Shown: positions 1 to 9,845 of the stretch, one piece after another
Position numbering within the stretch: the stretch's first letter is position 1
Layout of the letters: each line of letters opens with the position of its first letter
Assembly: GCA_964473715.1 (NCBI GenBank)
Contig: CAYYQC010000001.1
Span: 60,674-124,673, forward strand
DNA from: an uncultured Gammaproteobacteria bacterium
Lineage (GTDB): Bacteria > Patescibacteriota > Patescibacteriia > Magasanikbacterales > UBA922
Length of the DNA stretch: 64,000 bases
Reading direction: 5' to 3'
Notes under the pieces: model-generated
The model's input: only the letters and a program-made list of their open reading frames with translations
Database searches by the model: none
What the model was told of the DNA's origin: nothing
Translations under genes and position numbers: made by a program

Positions 1-74
1 CAGCAGAACCATGTATACGTGAACAAGGCAATGATCAATCGGGCTGTGACACACTAACAGCCGCACTGTGGGCT

Positions 75-1082
75 TTGGCAGCTGCTGAAATTAAAAATAA
101 TCATAAAAATCCCGCGCTCAATGACCATGCTAAAAAAGTGGTTGAATATATCCATGATAGTGCAGTAAGTACCGTAGCCAAAAAATTACACAGCCTAGAT
201 CAGTCACTATTTGAATCAAGTCTGCCCATATTTTGTAAACTTATTCAAACACCAGTGGCCAAAGAAATAACTTTATTCAGTTATGATCTTGGCTCTTCTT
301 TGTCTGATTCCATTTCCCAAGAAATATATATCCAATTAGGGGCAGCTAATTTATTTGGCTGGCTAGCATTTCAATGGTATGACCAGTGCTATGACGAAAA
401 AATTATTTCACCAGGATTACCATTAGCAAATATTTGTTTACGTGAAGCTACCAATACATATACCAATGTAGCACAGACTCTTTTGGTTGATCCTACATTA
501 GTAAACCAAACCTTAGATAGCGTTGACAAAGCTCATGCCACTGAATTAGCAACTAATCAAGATATAAATACGCATTTAAAATCTGGTAAAAAACTTCCGC
601 ACCTGCCAACGGCTATACCTGCCGAACGATCATTTGGTCACTGCCTTGGACCATTAATAATTGCCAGATCACTTAAAATTTCCGAGGCTCATTATCAACA
701 ACTTCGTCGTTTATTTACACATTATTTAAACACACGACAATTATGTGATGACTTACATGATTGGCATGAAGATTTCACAGCCAAACGACTAACTACTGTA
801 ACACGTTATTTATTTATGACAATACATTTATTCCCACATGCAGCTAAAAATCAAACACAAAAAATATTTTGGCGTGAAGGTCTTACTCAAGCATTAGGGA
901 ATGCAACTCATGAATTACATCAAACCACAAGTCTACTGCGTCAAATTGATTGGCCAATTGATGAACCAAAACAATTGCGCAAAACCTTGGATCGACTTGG
1001 CAGGTCCATTATCCAAGCCAGTACAGAACGTAAAACCAGCCAAGCATTATTAACCTATTATGAATCATATGAATCGGTTTAA
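75..1082 (+). CDS. hypothetical protein, possibly 5'-partial (frame is open to the window start). Translationally coupled to the downstream polyprenyl synthase. Carries an Asp-rich DDLHDWHED segment.
   Basis: 335-aa ORF starting on TTG with no in-frame stop upstream. Overlaps the next gene by 23 nt. No confident family match by eye. Confidence 0.4.
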   Translation: MAAAEIKNNHKNPALNDHAKKVVEYIHDSAVSTVAKKLHSLDQSLFESSLPIFCKLIQTPVAKEITLFSYDLGSSLSDSISQEIYIQLGAANLFGWLAFQWYDQCYDEKIISPGLPLANICLREATNTYTNVAQTLLVDPTLVNQTLDSVDKAHATELATNQDINTHLKSGKKLPHLPTAIPAERSFGHCLGPLIIARSLKISEAHYQQLRRLFTHYLNTRQLCDDLHDWHEDFTAKRLTTVTRYLFMTIHLFPHAAKNQTQKIFWREGLTQALGNATHELHQTTSLLRQIDWPIDEPKQLRKTLDRLGRSIIQASTERKTSQALLTYYESYESV

Positions 1083-2136
1083 CGAATATTTGGAACAAAT
1101 ATCTCCGCATATTCAACGTGATACCAGAAATTTAGGTCGTGAGTGGAAAAGCCATTTACTATCTGAAATTACTGTACCTGAATATTTACATCCGGTTCTA
1201 ACGTGGTTTGAACACTGTGGCAAAGGCACACGCGGTTCACTAGTTCATTTGGCTGCAGAAAGCTTTAATAATCCTTTTTCTTCAGGAATTAATTCTAATA
1301 TAAAAAAATATGCAGCGTTAGTAGAGCTTCTTCAAAACGCACTTCTGGTTCATGATGATGTTATGGACCATTCTAACTGGCGACGAAATGGACTAAGTGT
1401 CCCAGCTGAATGTGCCAGTCGCTTACATGCACATAATTATGCAAATGCTGAAGAAAAAGGCACAGGCATTAGTATTGCGCTCGGCGACCATCTAATAAGT
1501 TGGTTGCAACAAAAACTTGTTGACCTAACTCCGCATGAAAAAATTACTAAACTACATTCGCTCTATACCAAATACCAAACATCTACCATGGCTGGACAAA
1601 TTCAAGATGTAGCTAATTTAGATTTAGAAATTGACAAAGAAAGTATTACAGATCTGTATGCCAGCAAAACCGGTGCATATACTTTTACTCTGCCATTGGT
1701 TTTGGGATATGTTGCCACAGTCCACACCATTGATTTCAGTATCACTCTACTTTTAGAATGTATTGGGCAATCTTTGGGTATTATTATGCAAGGCCTAGAT
1801 GATGAAGCTGGATTTAAAAATAAAGCTAATAGCTACCATGAATTAGCCACTGACCTTGAAAACCACCAACCCAGTTTATGGCTAGCACTCATGCTTCCAC
1901 TTCTGTCCCATCAGGAAAAAGTACTCTTAGAAAAAATTTGGTGGGGCGGCATGGTCACAAGAGATGAAACGAATTATGTGAAGCAGCTATATGAAAAATA
2001 TCAAATTCACCAAAAAGCTCAGGATATATACCGCACTGAAGCAAGATTAGCCCACGAGCTAATTAATGAGCTAGATTTGGAACCAAAATATGTCAAAATC
2101 TGGCATGGCCTAGTCCAAAACACTCTAAACCCTTAA
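1060..2136 (+). CDS. polyprenyl (trans-isoprenyl) diphosphate synthase family protein
   Basis: FARM-like motif LLVHDDVMDHSNWRRNG (DDxxD). Second Asp-rich motif GIIMQGLDDEAGF in the expected SARM position, somewhat divergent. Confidence 0.6.
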   Translation: MNHMNRFNEYLEQISPHIQRDTRNLGREWKSHLLSEITVPEYLHPVLTWFEHCGKGTRGSLVHLAAESFNNPFSSGINSNIKKYAALVELLQNALLVHDDVMDHSNWRRNGLSVPAECASRLHAHNYANAEEKGTGISIALGDHLISWLQQKLVDLTPHEKITKLHSLYTKYQTSTMAGQIQDVANLDLEIDKESITDLYASKTGAYTFTLPLVLGYVATVHTIDFSITLLLECIGQSLGIIMQGLDDEAGFKNKANSYHELATDLENHQPSLWLALMLPLLSHQEKVLLEKIWWGGMVTRDETNYVKQLYEKYQIHQKAQDIYRTEARLAHELINELDLEPKYVKIWHGLVQNTLNP

Positions 2137-2242
2137 CCCCTTCCTAAGGGGTAGACCTAAGCGGCCAAACTAGGCCGGAGGGCTAGTTTTCTGGCCGTTT
2201 AGGCCTGTTTTCCTAGGAGAAAAGCCGTCCCCTTTAGGCTAT

Positions 2243-2270
2243 TGACAAAAAGACAGAAAAGTGCTATACT
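2243..2270 (+). promoter_or_regulatory. sigma70-like promoter, TTGACA-16/17-TATACT, upstream of the GT4 gene
   Basis: Near-consensus -35 and -10 hexamers about 30 nt upstream of the ATG at 2300. Confidence 0.5.
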
Positions 2271-2299
2271 TTGCTGTTTTATTCAAATAGCCCCCTGCT

Positions 2300-3457
2300 A
2301 TGCGTATTGCCATGATTGGACAAAAAGGTATGCCTGCCAGCTTCGGTGGCGTGGAACGTCATGTTCACGACCTAGCCGCTTCTTTGGCTAGCCAAAACCA
2401 CCAGGTATTTGCCTATGGCCGCTCCTGGTATACGGGTAAAAAAGGCCAAATTCAGGTTGATGGCGTAAAGGTGATTCACACCCCTACCATTCATACCAAG
2501 CATTTGGATGCTATTTCCCACACCTTTTTTAGTACTATTCACGCCCTTTTTCAGGGCTATGATGTTATTCATTACCACGGCGTTGGCCCAGCTTTATTGT
2601 CTTGGATTCCTCGCTTATTTAGTCGCCAGACTATGGTAGTGACTACTTTTCACTCTATTGACCGCACCCACCAAAAATGGGGTGGCTTTGCCAAATGGGT
2701 TTTGCGTTTGGGTGAAAAAGCAGCCGTAAAATTTGCCCATTACACTATTACTGTTTCTCGCAGTTTGGAATGGTATTGTCAAAAAGAATTTAATTTGTCT
2801 ACTGTTTATATTCCAAACGGCGTAACTCCATTGGTACAAACTAATAGCCAAGCTGTCTTACAAAAATTCGGCCTCATCCCAAACCAATACTTAGTAATGG
2901 TATCTCGTTTGGTTCCACACAAAGGCGCACATATTTTGATCAAGGCCTTTGCTGAATTCAAGCAAAAAAATCCTCAGTTCGCCCACCTTAAATTAGCTAT
3001 CGTGGGTGGCTCAGTTCATACTGACGCTTATGTAAGTGAACTGCAAACCATGTGTAATTCAGATGTAGTCATGGCTGGTTTTCAAACTGGTACAGATATT
3101 CAGGCTTTATACCAAAACGCAATTGCCTTGGTTCATCCTTCATTGTCTGAAGGTTTACCAATCACAGTCTTAGAAGCCATGAACAATGGTAAACCAGTTT
3201 TATTGTCAGATATTCCAGAGCACTTGGAAATTGGTACTGATTCACGCTTGGTTTTCAAACGTGGTAGTACAGATACAATTGTGACTGCACTCACTAAATT
3301 CTTTGCTCTTAGTCAAGCCGAACAAGATCAAATTGGTGAAGCCAATGCTTTCATTATTGAAACGCATTATCGTTGGTCTCATCTAGTGCCACAAATCCTG
3401 GCTGTATATGCTGGTGAAACTGACATCATTCCAGAAACAATTCTCGCCACTGTCTAA
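2300..3457 (+). CDS. family 4 glycosyltransferase (GT4)
   Basis: N-terminal GGVERHVHDLA motif and C-terminal EGLPITVLEAMNNGKPVL (E-x7-E) motif typical of GT4/GT-B. Confidence 0.8.
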   Translation: MRIAMIGQKGMPASFGGVERHVHDLAASLASQNHQVFAYGRSWYTGKKGQIQVDGVKVIHTPTIHTKHLDAISHTFFSTIHALFQGYDVIHYHGVGPALLSWIPRLFSRQTMVVTTFHSIDRTHQKWGGFAKWVLRLGEKAAVKFAHYTITVSRSLEWYCQKEFNLSTVYIPNGVTPLVQTNSQAVLQKFGLIPNQYLVMVSRLVPHKGAHILIKAFAEFKQKNPQFAHLKLAIVGGSVHTDAYVSELQTMCNSDVVMAGFQTGTDIQALYQNAIALVHPSLSEGLPITVLEAMNNGKPVLLSDIPEHLEIGTDSRLVFKRGSTDTIVTALTKFFALSQAEQDQIGEANAFIIETHYRWSHLVPQILAVYAGETDIIPETILATV

Positions 3458-3469
3458 AAGATACAAATT

Positions 3470-3506
3470 TAAAAAACGCCCTGTGTAAAGCAGGGCGTTT
3501 TTTTAT
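3470..3506. terminator. bidirectional rho-independent terminator between convergent genes
   Basis: acgccctg-tgtaaag-cagggcgt hairpin flanked by an A-run and a T-run. Confidence 0.7.
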
Positions 3507-3517
3507 CGCATGTTTTC

Positions 3518-5512
3518 TTATAATGTTCCGTCAGTTAATAACACCAGATCATCTTTGCCATTAAAATCCACGTCAGAAGCTTGAATTCCCGCAGAACGGA
3601 ATGATTTACTTTTAAACGTAATGCTTGGTGCAAATTGTCCGCCCGCTAAATTATACATTTTTAAAATAGGGTAAGTACCACTACCAAAACCAGTCGCAAT
3701 TTCTGCCACACCATTACCATCAAAATCACCAGCCGCTACTGTTACTCCGCCAGTATATTTTTTATCGTACACAATCACTTCTACCATTTTATTTAACCCC
3801 GGATTATAAATCCCAACGGTTCCAACCCGCCCCTTACCAGAACCAATAATCACGCGTCCACTTGGACCTTTACCTGCAATGGCGATGGAATATCCCCCAT
3901 TATATTTTTTACCAAATGGATACCAACCAGGAAATACTTCTTCACCAATCAAGTTATAAATTTTAATTGGCAAAGCACCTTGAGCTGGTGCCACATATAA
4001 TTCAGAATTACTGTCATTATCCAAATTACCTACGGCCAACCTAATTGCGCCTTTATAATCAGCAGTAAAAGGATAAATCTTAAAAAAAGGCTGGCCATCA
4101 TCTTTGGTAGCTGTAATTTTATTTCCAGATGCCACAATTTGATCACGAACCCCATCACCATCCACATCTAAATATAATACTTGGTCACCACCTTTAAAAG
4201 CTTCATCAAACAAAAAATATCCATTGCGCAAACGCGCGCCATCAATACCATAAAACCGCGCAAATTGTCCATTGGTAAATAAGACATCATCTAAACGACT
4301 AACCGTTTTGCGTAAAATAATTCCATCAGTACCTTCAATATCTACTTCAGAAACAATGGCCCCATCATTCACACTACTAGCCTGCTTACCATTAATTTTT
4401 TCATATTCTCCACCCAGGTCAACGGTCTTAGCTTGATTCGTACTATTTACCAACACCAAACCATGCTCAAAATCACGACGCCAAATATCTGGTTGATATG
4501 AACCTTGTGTATTTGCGGCCAATGAAGGACTAAGGGGCTCACCAAGTGCCACATCATATTCATCATACCACCAAGTTTGTCCATGATTTTGGTCACCATG
4601 GTCATAGGAAAAATAACCATCTTCCAAAAGCGCAGAGCCTAATCCAAAACGCACTTGTTGCAAATTTTCTTTACCGGTATTTGAAGTATTAGAATTAATA
4701 ATATTCACGCGCGGCGCAGCTGTACCACGACTATTTGCTTGATAGGTATTCATGGTATTGGTCCAGGCATTAGCTGCAAAATTTTCGAGCATCTTGCCAT
4801 TTAATTCTTGCTGATATTGCCGCGTTGTACCATTACCAATAATAATCGCACTTGGATTTATTTCTTTAGTTTTGCGATATAAATTTTTCATTCCATTTTG
4901 CCACTCTGTATTAGCATTGGTATCACTGCGTCCATCACCATTTACATCCACGTCATTGCCCACAAAATACGTAATGCTGTCCCACGCATTATCATAAAAT
5001 ACTCCATCCCAAAGACCGGTGGATAATAATTTAGTACTAACAAAACGCACCATATAATCAGTGAGATTTTCTCCACCAACTCGTGGCGCACCTGGCGTAA
5101 CATTTAACACATAGGTTCCCGGCCACCAACTGGTTCTGGCGCCGCCACTATTATGCAAATACCATTGTTCAGAAATACCGGCGGCCAATTCTCTACGGAG
5201 CACACCACCGCCACTTCCTGCATCTTGGCGAATTTCTTGCGGTGTTATGTACACTAATAATTTAATTTCTGGATTCCATTGTCTAATAGCCCGAAGCAAA
5301 GATGGATGACGTTGCTGTACTTCCATATCCATAATCACTACATCATATTTGGCCAAATTCCGCGCTTGGGTTTCATTCAAGTCCCAGTTCAAAAAATAAT
5401 TAGCCACTGGTGGCGTACCTTTACTATTGACCGCATAAACAAAAGAAGGGGTCAAAGTACCCCACACCAAACTTATAATTAGACTCAAAATAGCCAGACT
5501 TTTATACTGCAT
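3518..5512 (-). CDS. secreted protein: N-terminal TIM-barrel glycoside-hydrolase-like region (GH114-like, tentative) fused to C-terminal FG-GAP/VCBS-type repeats
   Basis: Signal peptide MQYKSLAILSLIISLVWGTLTPSFVYA. Repeated DxDGDG/DFDGNG Ca-binding FG-GAP-like motifs in the C-terminal half. Confidence 0.55.
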   Translation of the reverse strand: MQYKSLAILSLIISLVWGTLTPSFVYAVNSKGTPPVANYFLNWDLNETQARNLAKYDVVIMDMEVQQRHPSLLRAIRQWNPEIKLLVYITPQEIRQDAGSGGGVLRRELAAGISEQWYLHNSGGARTSWWPGTYVLNVTPGAPRVGGENLTDYMVRFVSTKLLSTGLWDGVFYDNAWDSITYFVGNDVDVNGDGRSDTNANTEWQNGMKNLYRKTKEINPSAIIIGNGTTRQYQQELNGKMLENFAANAWTNTMNTYQANSRGTAAPRVNIINSNTSNTGKENLQQVRFGLGSALLEDGYFSYDHGDQNHGQTWWYDEYDVALGEPLSPSLAANTQGSYQPDIWRRDFEHGLVLVNSTNQAKTVDLGGEYEKINGKQASSVNDGAIVSEVDIEGTDGIILRKTVSRLDDVLFTNGQFARFYGIDGARLRNGYFLFDEAFKGGDQVLYLDVDGDGVRDQIVASGNKITATKDDGQPFFKIYPFTADYKGAIRLAVGNLDNDSNSELYVAPAQGALPIKIYNLIGEEVFPGWYPFGKKYNGGYSIAIAGKGPSGRVIIGSGKGRVGTVGIYNPGLNKMVEVIVYDKKYTGGVTVAAGDFDGNGVAEIATGFGSGTYPILKMYNLAGGQFAPSITFKSKSFRSAGIQASDVDFNGKDDLVLLTDGTL

Positions 5513-5540
5513 ATCTAACAGTAGATTAGCAGAAAAAACC

Positions 5541-6749
5541 TTATTGGTAAACCTGCAAAATCTGTTCTAAATGTGCTTCTAGACCATAACGCAATCGCGC
5601 TAAATCTTGTAAGGTTTTACCAGCCTCTGCACGCTCACTTGCCGCAGCCAAGTGCCACGCTAAAATTTTATCAGCTAATTCTGTACTATTGCCTGGAGCA
5701 AATAAAAATTCTTTAGGAAGCATCTCAGGAATTCCACCAATTCTACTACCAAGCACAATTCTACCCTGTGCCATGGGTTCCAAAACACTTAGTGGCGCAT
5801 TTTCATACCATACAGAAGGTGCCACCAAGATGCTGGCCTGGTCTAAAAATTCTTGCATGGCTGCGCCAGTTTTAAATCCCACCAATTCTACATTAGTTAA
5901 TTTTTGTTCAGCACAAACTGCCCGCAAGCGATTTTCATCTGGACCAGAGCCAGCAATTTTAAATGCAATATGAGGAAGTTCTTTGGCGGCCGCAAGTAAT
6001 ACATCAACACCTTTTTCTTCTGACAATCGACCGGCAAAACCTACATATTTTCCATGCCCATTACTGGTTTTTTTCACCACAGCCACAGGATTTGGAATTA
6101 CTACCACCTTATTTTTATCATATCCATGTTTGATTAATTTCCGAGCCATGAATTCACTCGGTGCAACAAAAGTATCCACGTATTGCTCGTAATATTTTTT
6201 AATTTTATGATGCCAAATCATTTCTGTTACTTTGACTGCACTATACACGCGATTATCTTTGACACATTTATTTTTTACACATGAAAAATAATACCCCTCA
6301 GCATCTTCTTCATGAATGGCGTTGTGATGAAACAAAGAATAATTTGGGCTAATTAAGTGATAATCATGCACAGTCATAACCACGCGCGCGCCAGCTTTTT
6401 TTAAAACCGGCAAAATAGCGGGGGAAATATGATGGTAGATATTATGAATATGCGCCACATCAATTTTTTCTGTGGACAATAAACGCTTGAGATTTTGTAC
6501 GGCCTCGCGGCAATAAAACATGCGGGCCGTGGCCTGTACCTTGGTAAGCAGAGATAATTGGCCTGGTTTGCCCAAGTCTAAATTTGAAACAAAATATTTG
6601 GCGTATGGCGAAGCCAATGATTGCGGCTCATGCATGGCAAAGGGGATCACTTCATGCCCATCATTTCGCAACCATTCAGATAATTGCAAAGCATAATTTG
6701 AAGCACCATCGCGGTACCAATAATATTTATGCGCTTGTAATACTTTCAT
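5541..6749 (-). CDS. family 4 glycosyltransferase (GT4)
   Basis: GT-B N-terminus MKVLQAHKYYWYRDGASNYALQL. C-terminal ENAPLSVLEPMAQGRIVL E-x7-E motif. Confidence 0.75.
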   Translation of the reverse strand: MKVLQAHKYYWYRDGASNYALQLSEWLRNDGHEVIPFAMHEPQSLASPYAKYFVSNLDLGKPGQLSLLTKVQATARMFYCREAVQNLKRLLSTEKIDVAHIHNIYHHISPAILPVLKKAGARVVMTVHDYHLISPNYSLFHHNAIHEEDAEGYYFSCVKNKCVKDNRVYSAVKVTEMIWHHKIKKYYEQYVDTFVAPSEFMARKLIKHGYDKNKVVVIPNPVAVVKKTSNGHGKYVGFAGRLSEEKGVDVLLAAAKELPHIAFKIAGSGPDENRLRAVCAEQKLTNVELVGFKTGAAMQEFLDQASILVAPSVWYENAPLSVLEPMAQGRIVLGSRIGGIPEMLPKEFLFAPGNSTELADKILAWHLAAASERAEAGKTLQDLARLRYGLEAHLEQILQVYQ

Positions 6750-6787
6750 ATGCTTCTAATTGTAACTAATTTAAGCCAAAAAAACAA

Positions 6788-8284
6788 TTGACTTGGCAGT
6801 GTAGTAGTCTTATACTTAGAGCATTAATTGTTTACATGTTCCGCCACCTGTCATTCCCCCGCTCTCTTCTTTTTATCCTGCTTACAGCTGGAATTTTTGT
6901 GATTGCAAATCCCGCCCCTGCAATTGATTTGGCAATTATTGGAGCGGCTATTTTTGCCGCAGGTTATGTGGTGCTGAAAGAAAAAATTCTTTTACTGTTT
7001 TTAGCCGCGCGTCCTGCACTTGATGTATGGCGCGATACTGTTATTGTTGGTGGCCAAAATGTGAATGCCGTGCTTGCGATTTTGTTTTTTGGTTGGGCCA
7101 TTGTCATGCTCTTTAAACACCGAGAAAAAATTGAAAAAGTGCCACTCTTAGGACTTTTTACTCTCACAGGCGGATGGTTTTTATATAGTGCCACATACAG
7201 TTTAGATCCAATCTTAAGCATAATTGAAACAGTTAAATTTTTAAATATCGGTCTTATTTTCTTCTTGTCCTATATTTTCATTAAACAGGAAATTCTTAAA
7301 CCTATTGAGATTGTCACAGCCATTGCCGCAGGCGCAGCCATTCCACTCCTCATGGGCCTCATACAAATTGTTTTCCAAACCGGTATTACTACTTTTGAAA
7401 TTCAAGACCGCATCTTTGGCACATTTGCACACCCAAATGTCTTTGCTTTTTTTGTCATGTTCTTATTATTTTTACATCATCATTACAGCACCATGTCTCC
7501 TACGGCTTTTTGGGAAAAACATCATGGATGGCGCGTGGGTATTTTTGGTATTTTAATTCTTTTGCTATTACTCACCTATACACGCGCGGCGTGGGTAGGA
7601 TTGGCCATTTACGCAGCCATGATGGCACTACTAAGTTATCGCAGACCATCACTCAAAATTTTATATGTGCTGGCTGGAATTTATGTAATTTTATTTCCAG
7701 CAAGTGACTGGCTCACTCGCAATACAGATTTTAGACCAAACGATTACCCTATTATTGCGCGTTTAACTACACGTTCAGAAGAAGCAGATTCAGTAGATTG
7801 GCGTTTAAATTTAGTACGTTCAAACTTACGCTTAATTGTAAAAGGCCCACGCACTACTCAAGGATTTGGTTATGGCACTTTCCCCATTGTTTGGGAACAT
7901 GATCGCCCAGAATCTAATGAAACAGATGATAGCGCAGAATCACATAATGATTATTTGCGTTTAGCTGTAGAAGTTGGAGTGGTTGGTTTAATCCTGTATT
8001 GCTTATTGCTGGCGCGCTTAGCCTGGATTGCAGGTCGGCTTGTACTTGCACCACCATCATCATATAAATTATTACAACACAATAAAACCACCTGGCTTCG
8101 CCGTTTCCGTGAACGTGATTTACATTTATTTTTATTTGGTTCAATTGTAGTGTTTGGCATTGTCAGTTTATCCGACAACATGTTGCATCACACACCAGTA
8201 CTTTGGATGATCTGGAGTATTTGGGGAACAATTTTGGCCGAAGCACCGTGGCGTACCAGTGGGCCGAATTTCTTAGATAATTAA
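6788..8284 (+). CDS. O-antigen ligase/polymerase-like (Wzy_C/WaaL family) polytopic membrane protein. The true start may lie downstream of 6788.
   Basis: Many TM helices. Periplasmic loop ESHNDYLRLAVEVGVVGLILY resembles the Wzy_C signature. Confidence 0.6.
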   Translation: MTWQCSSLILRALIVYMFRHLSFPRSLLFILLTAGIFVIANPAPAIDLAIIGAAIFAAGYVVLKEKILLLFLAARPALDVWRDTVIVGGQNVNAVLAILFFGWAIVMLFKHREKIEKVPLLGLFTLTGGWFLYSATYSLDPILSIIETVKFLNIGLIFFLSYIFIKQEILKPIEIVTAIAAGAAIPLLMGLIQIVFQTGITTFEIQDRIFGTFAHPNVFAFFVMFLLFLHHHYSTMSPTAFWEKHHGWRVGIFGILILLLLLTYTRAAWVGLAIYAAMMALLSYRRPSLKILYVLAGIYVILFPASDWLTRNTDFRPNDYPIIARLTTRSEEADSVDWRLNLVRSNLRLIVKGPRTTQGFGYGTFPIVWEHDRPESNETDDSAESHNDYLRLAVEVGVVGLILYCLLLARLAWIAGRLVLAPPSSYKLLQHNKTTWLRRFRERDLHLFLFGSIVVFGIVSLSDNMLHHTPVLWMIWSIWGTILAEAPWRTSGPNFLDN

Positions 8285-8307
8285 ACCCACCTATTAAAAT
8301 TAGCAAA

Positions 8308-8338
8308 TAAAAAATCCACTTATTCAGTGGATTTTTTA
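8308..8338 (+). terminator. rho-independent terminator after the ligase gene
   Basis: atccact-tattc-agtggat hairpin followed by TTTTT. Confidence 0.7.
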
Positions 8339-8492
8339 CATTCTTATTCTCACCAGCAAATGATGAAGATAAGAGTTGTGGGGGCGGCGAAATTAATCAC
8401 CGCCCCTTTGCTCCCTTCCCCTCCAAGGGAACCATTCCCGGGCGCGCGTGCCGGGCAGGTCAGAGATTTCTGACCACTTAGTTGTGATGCGC

Positions 8493-9845
8493 CTAGTTGG
8501 CCGGCGGGCTCGGCATGAGCCAGTCGTCCCATCCGCCGGGCGAGCAGATGTAGACCCCGTTGAGGTCGGCCGGCTTGGAGCCGTCGAACACCTCGTTGAG
8601 GGTCCATTTCGGGTTGATGCCCTGCGGGATGAGGGTGATGTTCGGCACCGCGCCGGAGCACAGGTTTCCCTGGCCATCGACGTTACCGCTACCGACCCAA
8701 TCCTGGGCCTCACCCTCGTGGTTCGTCACCACGTTGAAACCGAATACCTGGCCCTCGCACCAGGTCACCTCGCGTCCGAGGTTCTGCCACTCGCCGACCG
8801 GCCAGCCGTTGTTCGCATCAGCGTAGCTGACGAGACCAAAGAACTGGAACCCCTGCTTCACGCGGAGCGTGTAGCAGTTGACGGTCGGGAGAACGATGGG
8901 AGTACCGTTGCAGACGCCGGAAGCGCCGCACTGGTCGCCCGTCGTGGCGGAGTCGCCGTCGTCGCAGGTCGCGCCGACATTGATGGTTCCGCCGGCGCAG
9001 AGGCCGTTGACGAAGGTCGTTCCCTGCGTGCAGGGGTTGAAGTCGTCGCAGGTCTGCGCGGAGGGGGTCGTCGTTCCGACGCAGACGCAGGAAGCGTTGA
9101 GCCGGTCGTTGGTGGTGTTGATGTTGCCGTCGTCGCAGGATGCGCCGACGTTACAGGGCGGAGTAGGTGCCGAGTGGCAGCCCGTGCCGTCCGTGCAACC
9201 GTAGTCACACGACTTGAAAAAGTAGTCCTCCGGGACGCAAGTGCCGCTGACGCAGCTGGCCTTGGTCTGATAGAGGTTGTTGTTTTCGCACCACTGCGAC
9301 CCGGCGCCGCAGTCGGCGTTGGTGATACACTCGGGAACCGGGATCGGATCGACGTCGTCGTTGTTGATGATGACGATGGTCGTCGTGCCGTCGGCACCAT
9401 CCTTCATCGTGAAGGAGGTCCCGTCGGTGCACTTGACGATCTTGGTCCCGTCGCTGTTTGGGAATGCGGAGCAGGACGAGCCGTCGAGCCCGTCAAGTCC
9501 GTTCTTCCCGTCCGTCCCGTTCTTCACGGTGGCGGTGGTACCGTCGCTGCAGGAGATGCTGGCGCCCGTGCTGGTCTCGCTGACCATGCACGAAACGCCC
9601 TCCTTCCCGGGCACGCCCTGCGGACCGCGGCAGAGGCCGCTGTCCACGATGCAGACACCACCTTCGCCACAATCGGCGTTGGAGGTGCACTTCAGCGTCT
9701 CGGACTCGCTCTGAGGCTGAGTCGGATCGGCGCCGCAACCCGCGGCGAGGGTCATGATGAACACCACGACGAGGAAACCAACCGACTCGGTCAGCGAGGC
9801 GAACAACGCCACCTTGAAATTGCGCACGGTATCTCCATGAAGCAA
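8493..9845 (-). CDS. high-GC lipoprotein with collagen-like GxY triplets and Myxococcus-type cysteine-rich repeats (CDDGN..C)
   Basis: Lipobox signal ...FIMTLAAGC. GPQGVPGKEG and GTDGKNGLDGLDG triplets. Repeats SCDDGNINTTNDRLNASC and TCDDGDSATTGDQCGASGVC. GC-rich codons. Confidence 0.6.
   Translation of the reverse strand: MLHGDTVRNFKVALFASLTESVGFLVVVFIMTLAAGCGADPTQPQSESETLKCTSNADCGEGGVCIVDSGLCRGPQGVPGKEGVSCMVSETSTGASISCSDGTTATVKNGTDGKNGLDGLDGSSCSAFPNSDGTKIVKCTDGTSFTMKDGADGTTTIVIINNDDVDPIPVPECITNADCGAGSQWCENNNLYQTKASCVSGTCVPEDYFFKSCDYGCTDGTGCHSAPTPPCNVGASCDDGNINTTNDRLNASCVCVGTTTPSAQTCDDFNPCTQGTTFVNGLCAGGTINVGATCDDGDSATTGDQCGASGVCNGTPIVLPTVNCYTLRVKQGFQFFGLVSYADANNGWPVGEWQNLGREVTWCEGQVFGFNVVTNHEGEAQDWVGSGNVDGQGNLCSGAVPNITLIPQGINPKWTLNEVFDGSKPADLNGVYICSPGGWDDWLMPSPPAN

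Noticed and set aside
2372-2851. Minus-strand ORFs 2372..2578 and 2615..2851
   Set aside because: Antisense to the well-supported GT4 gene.
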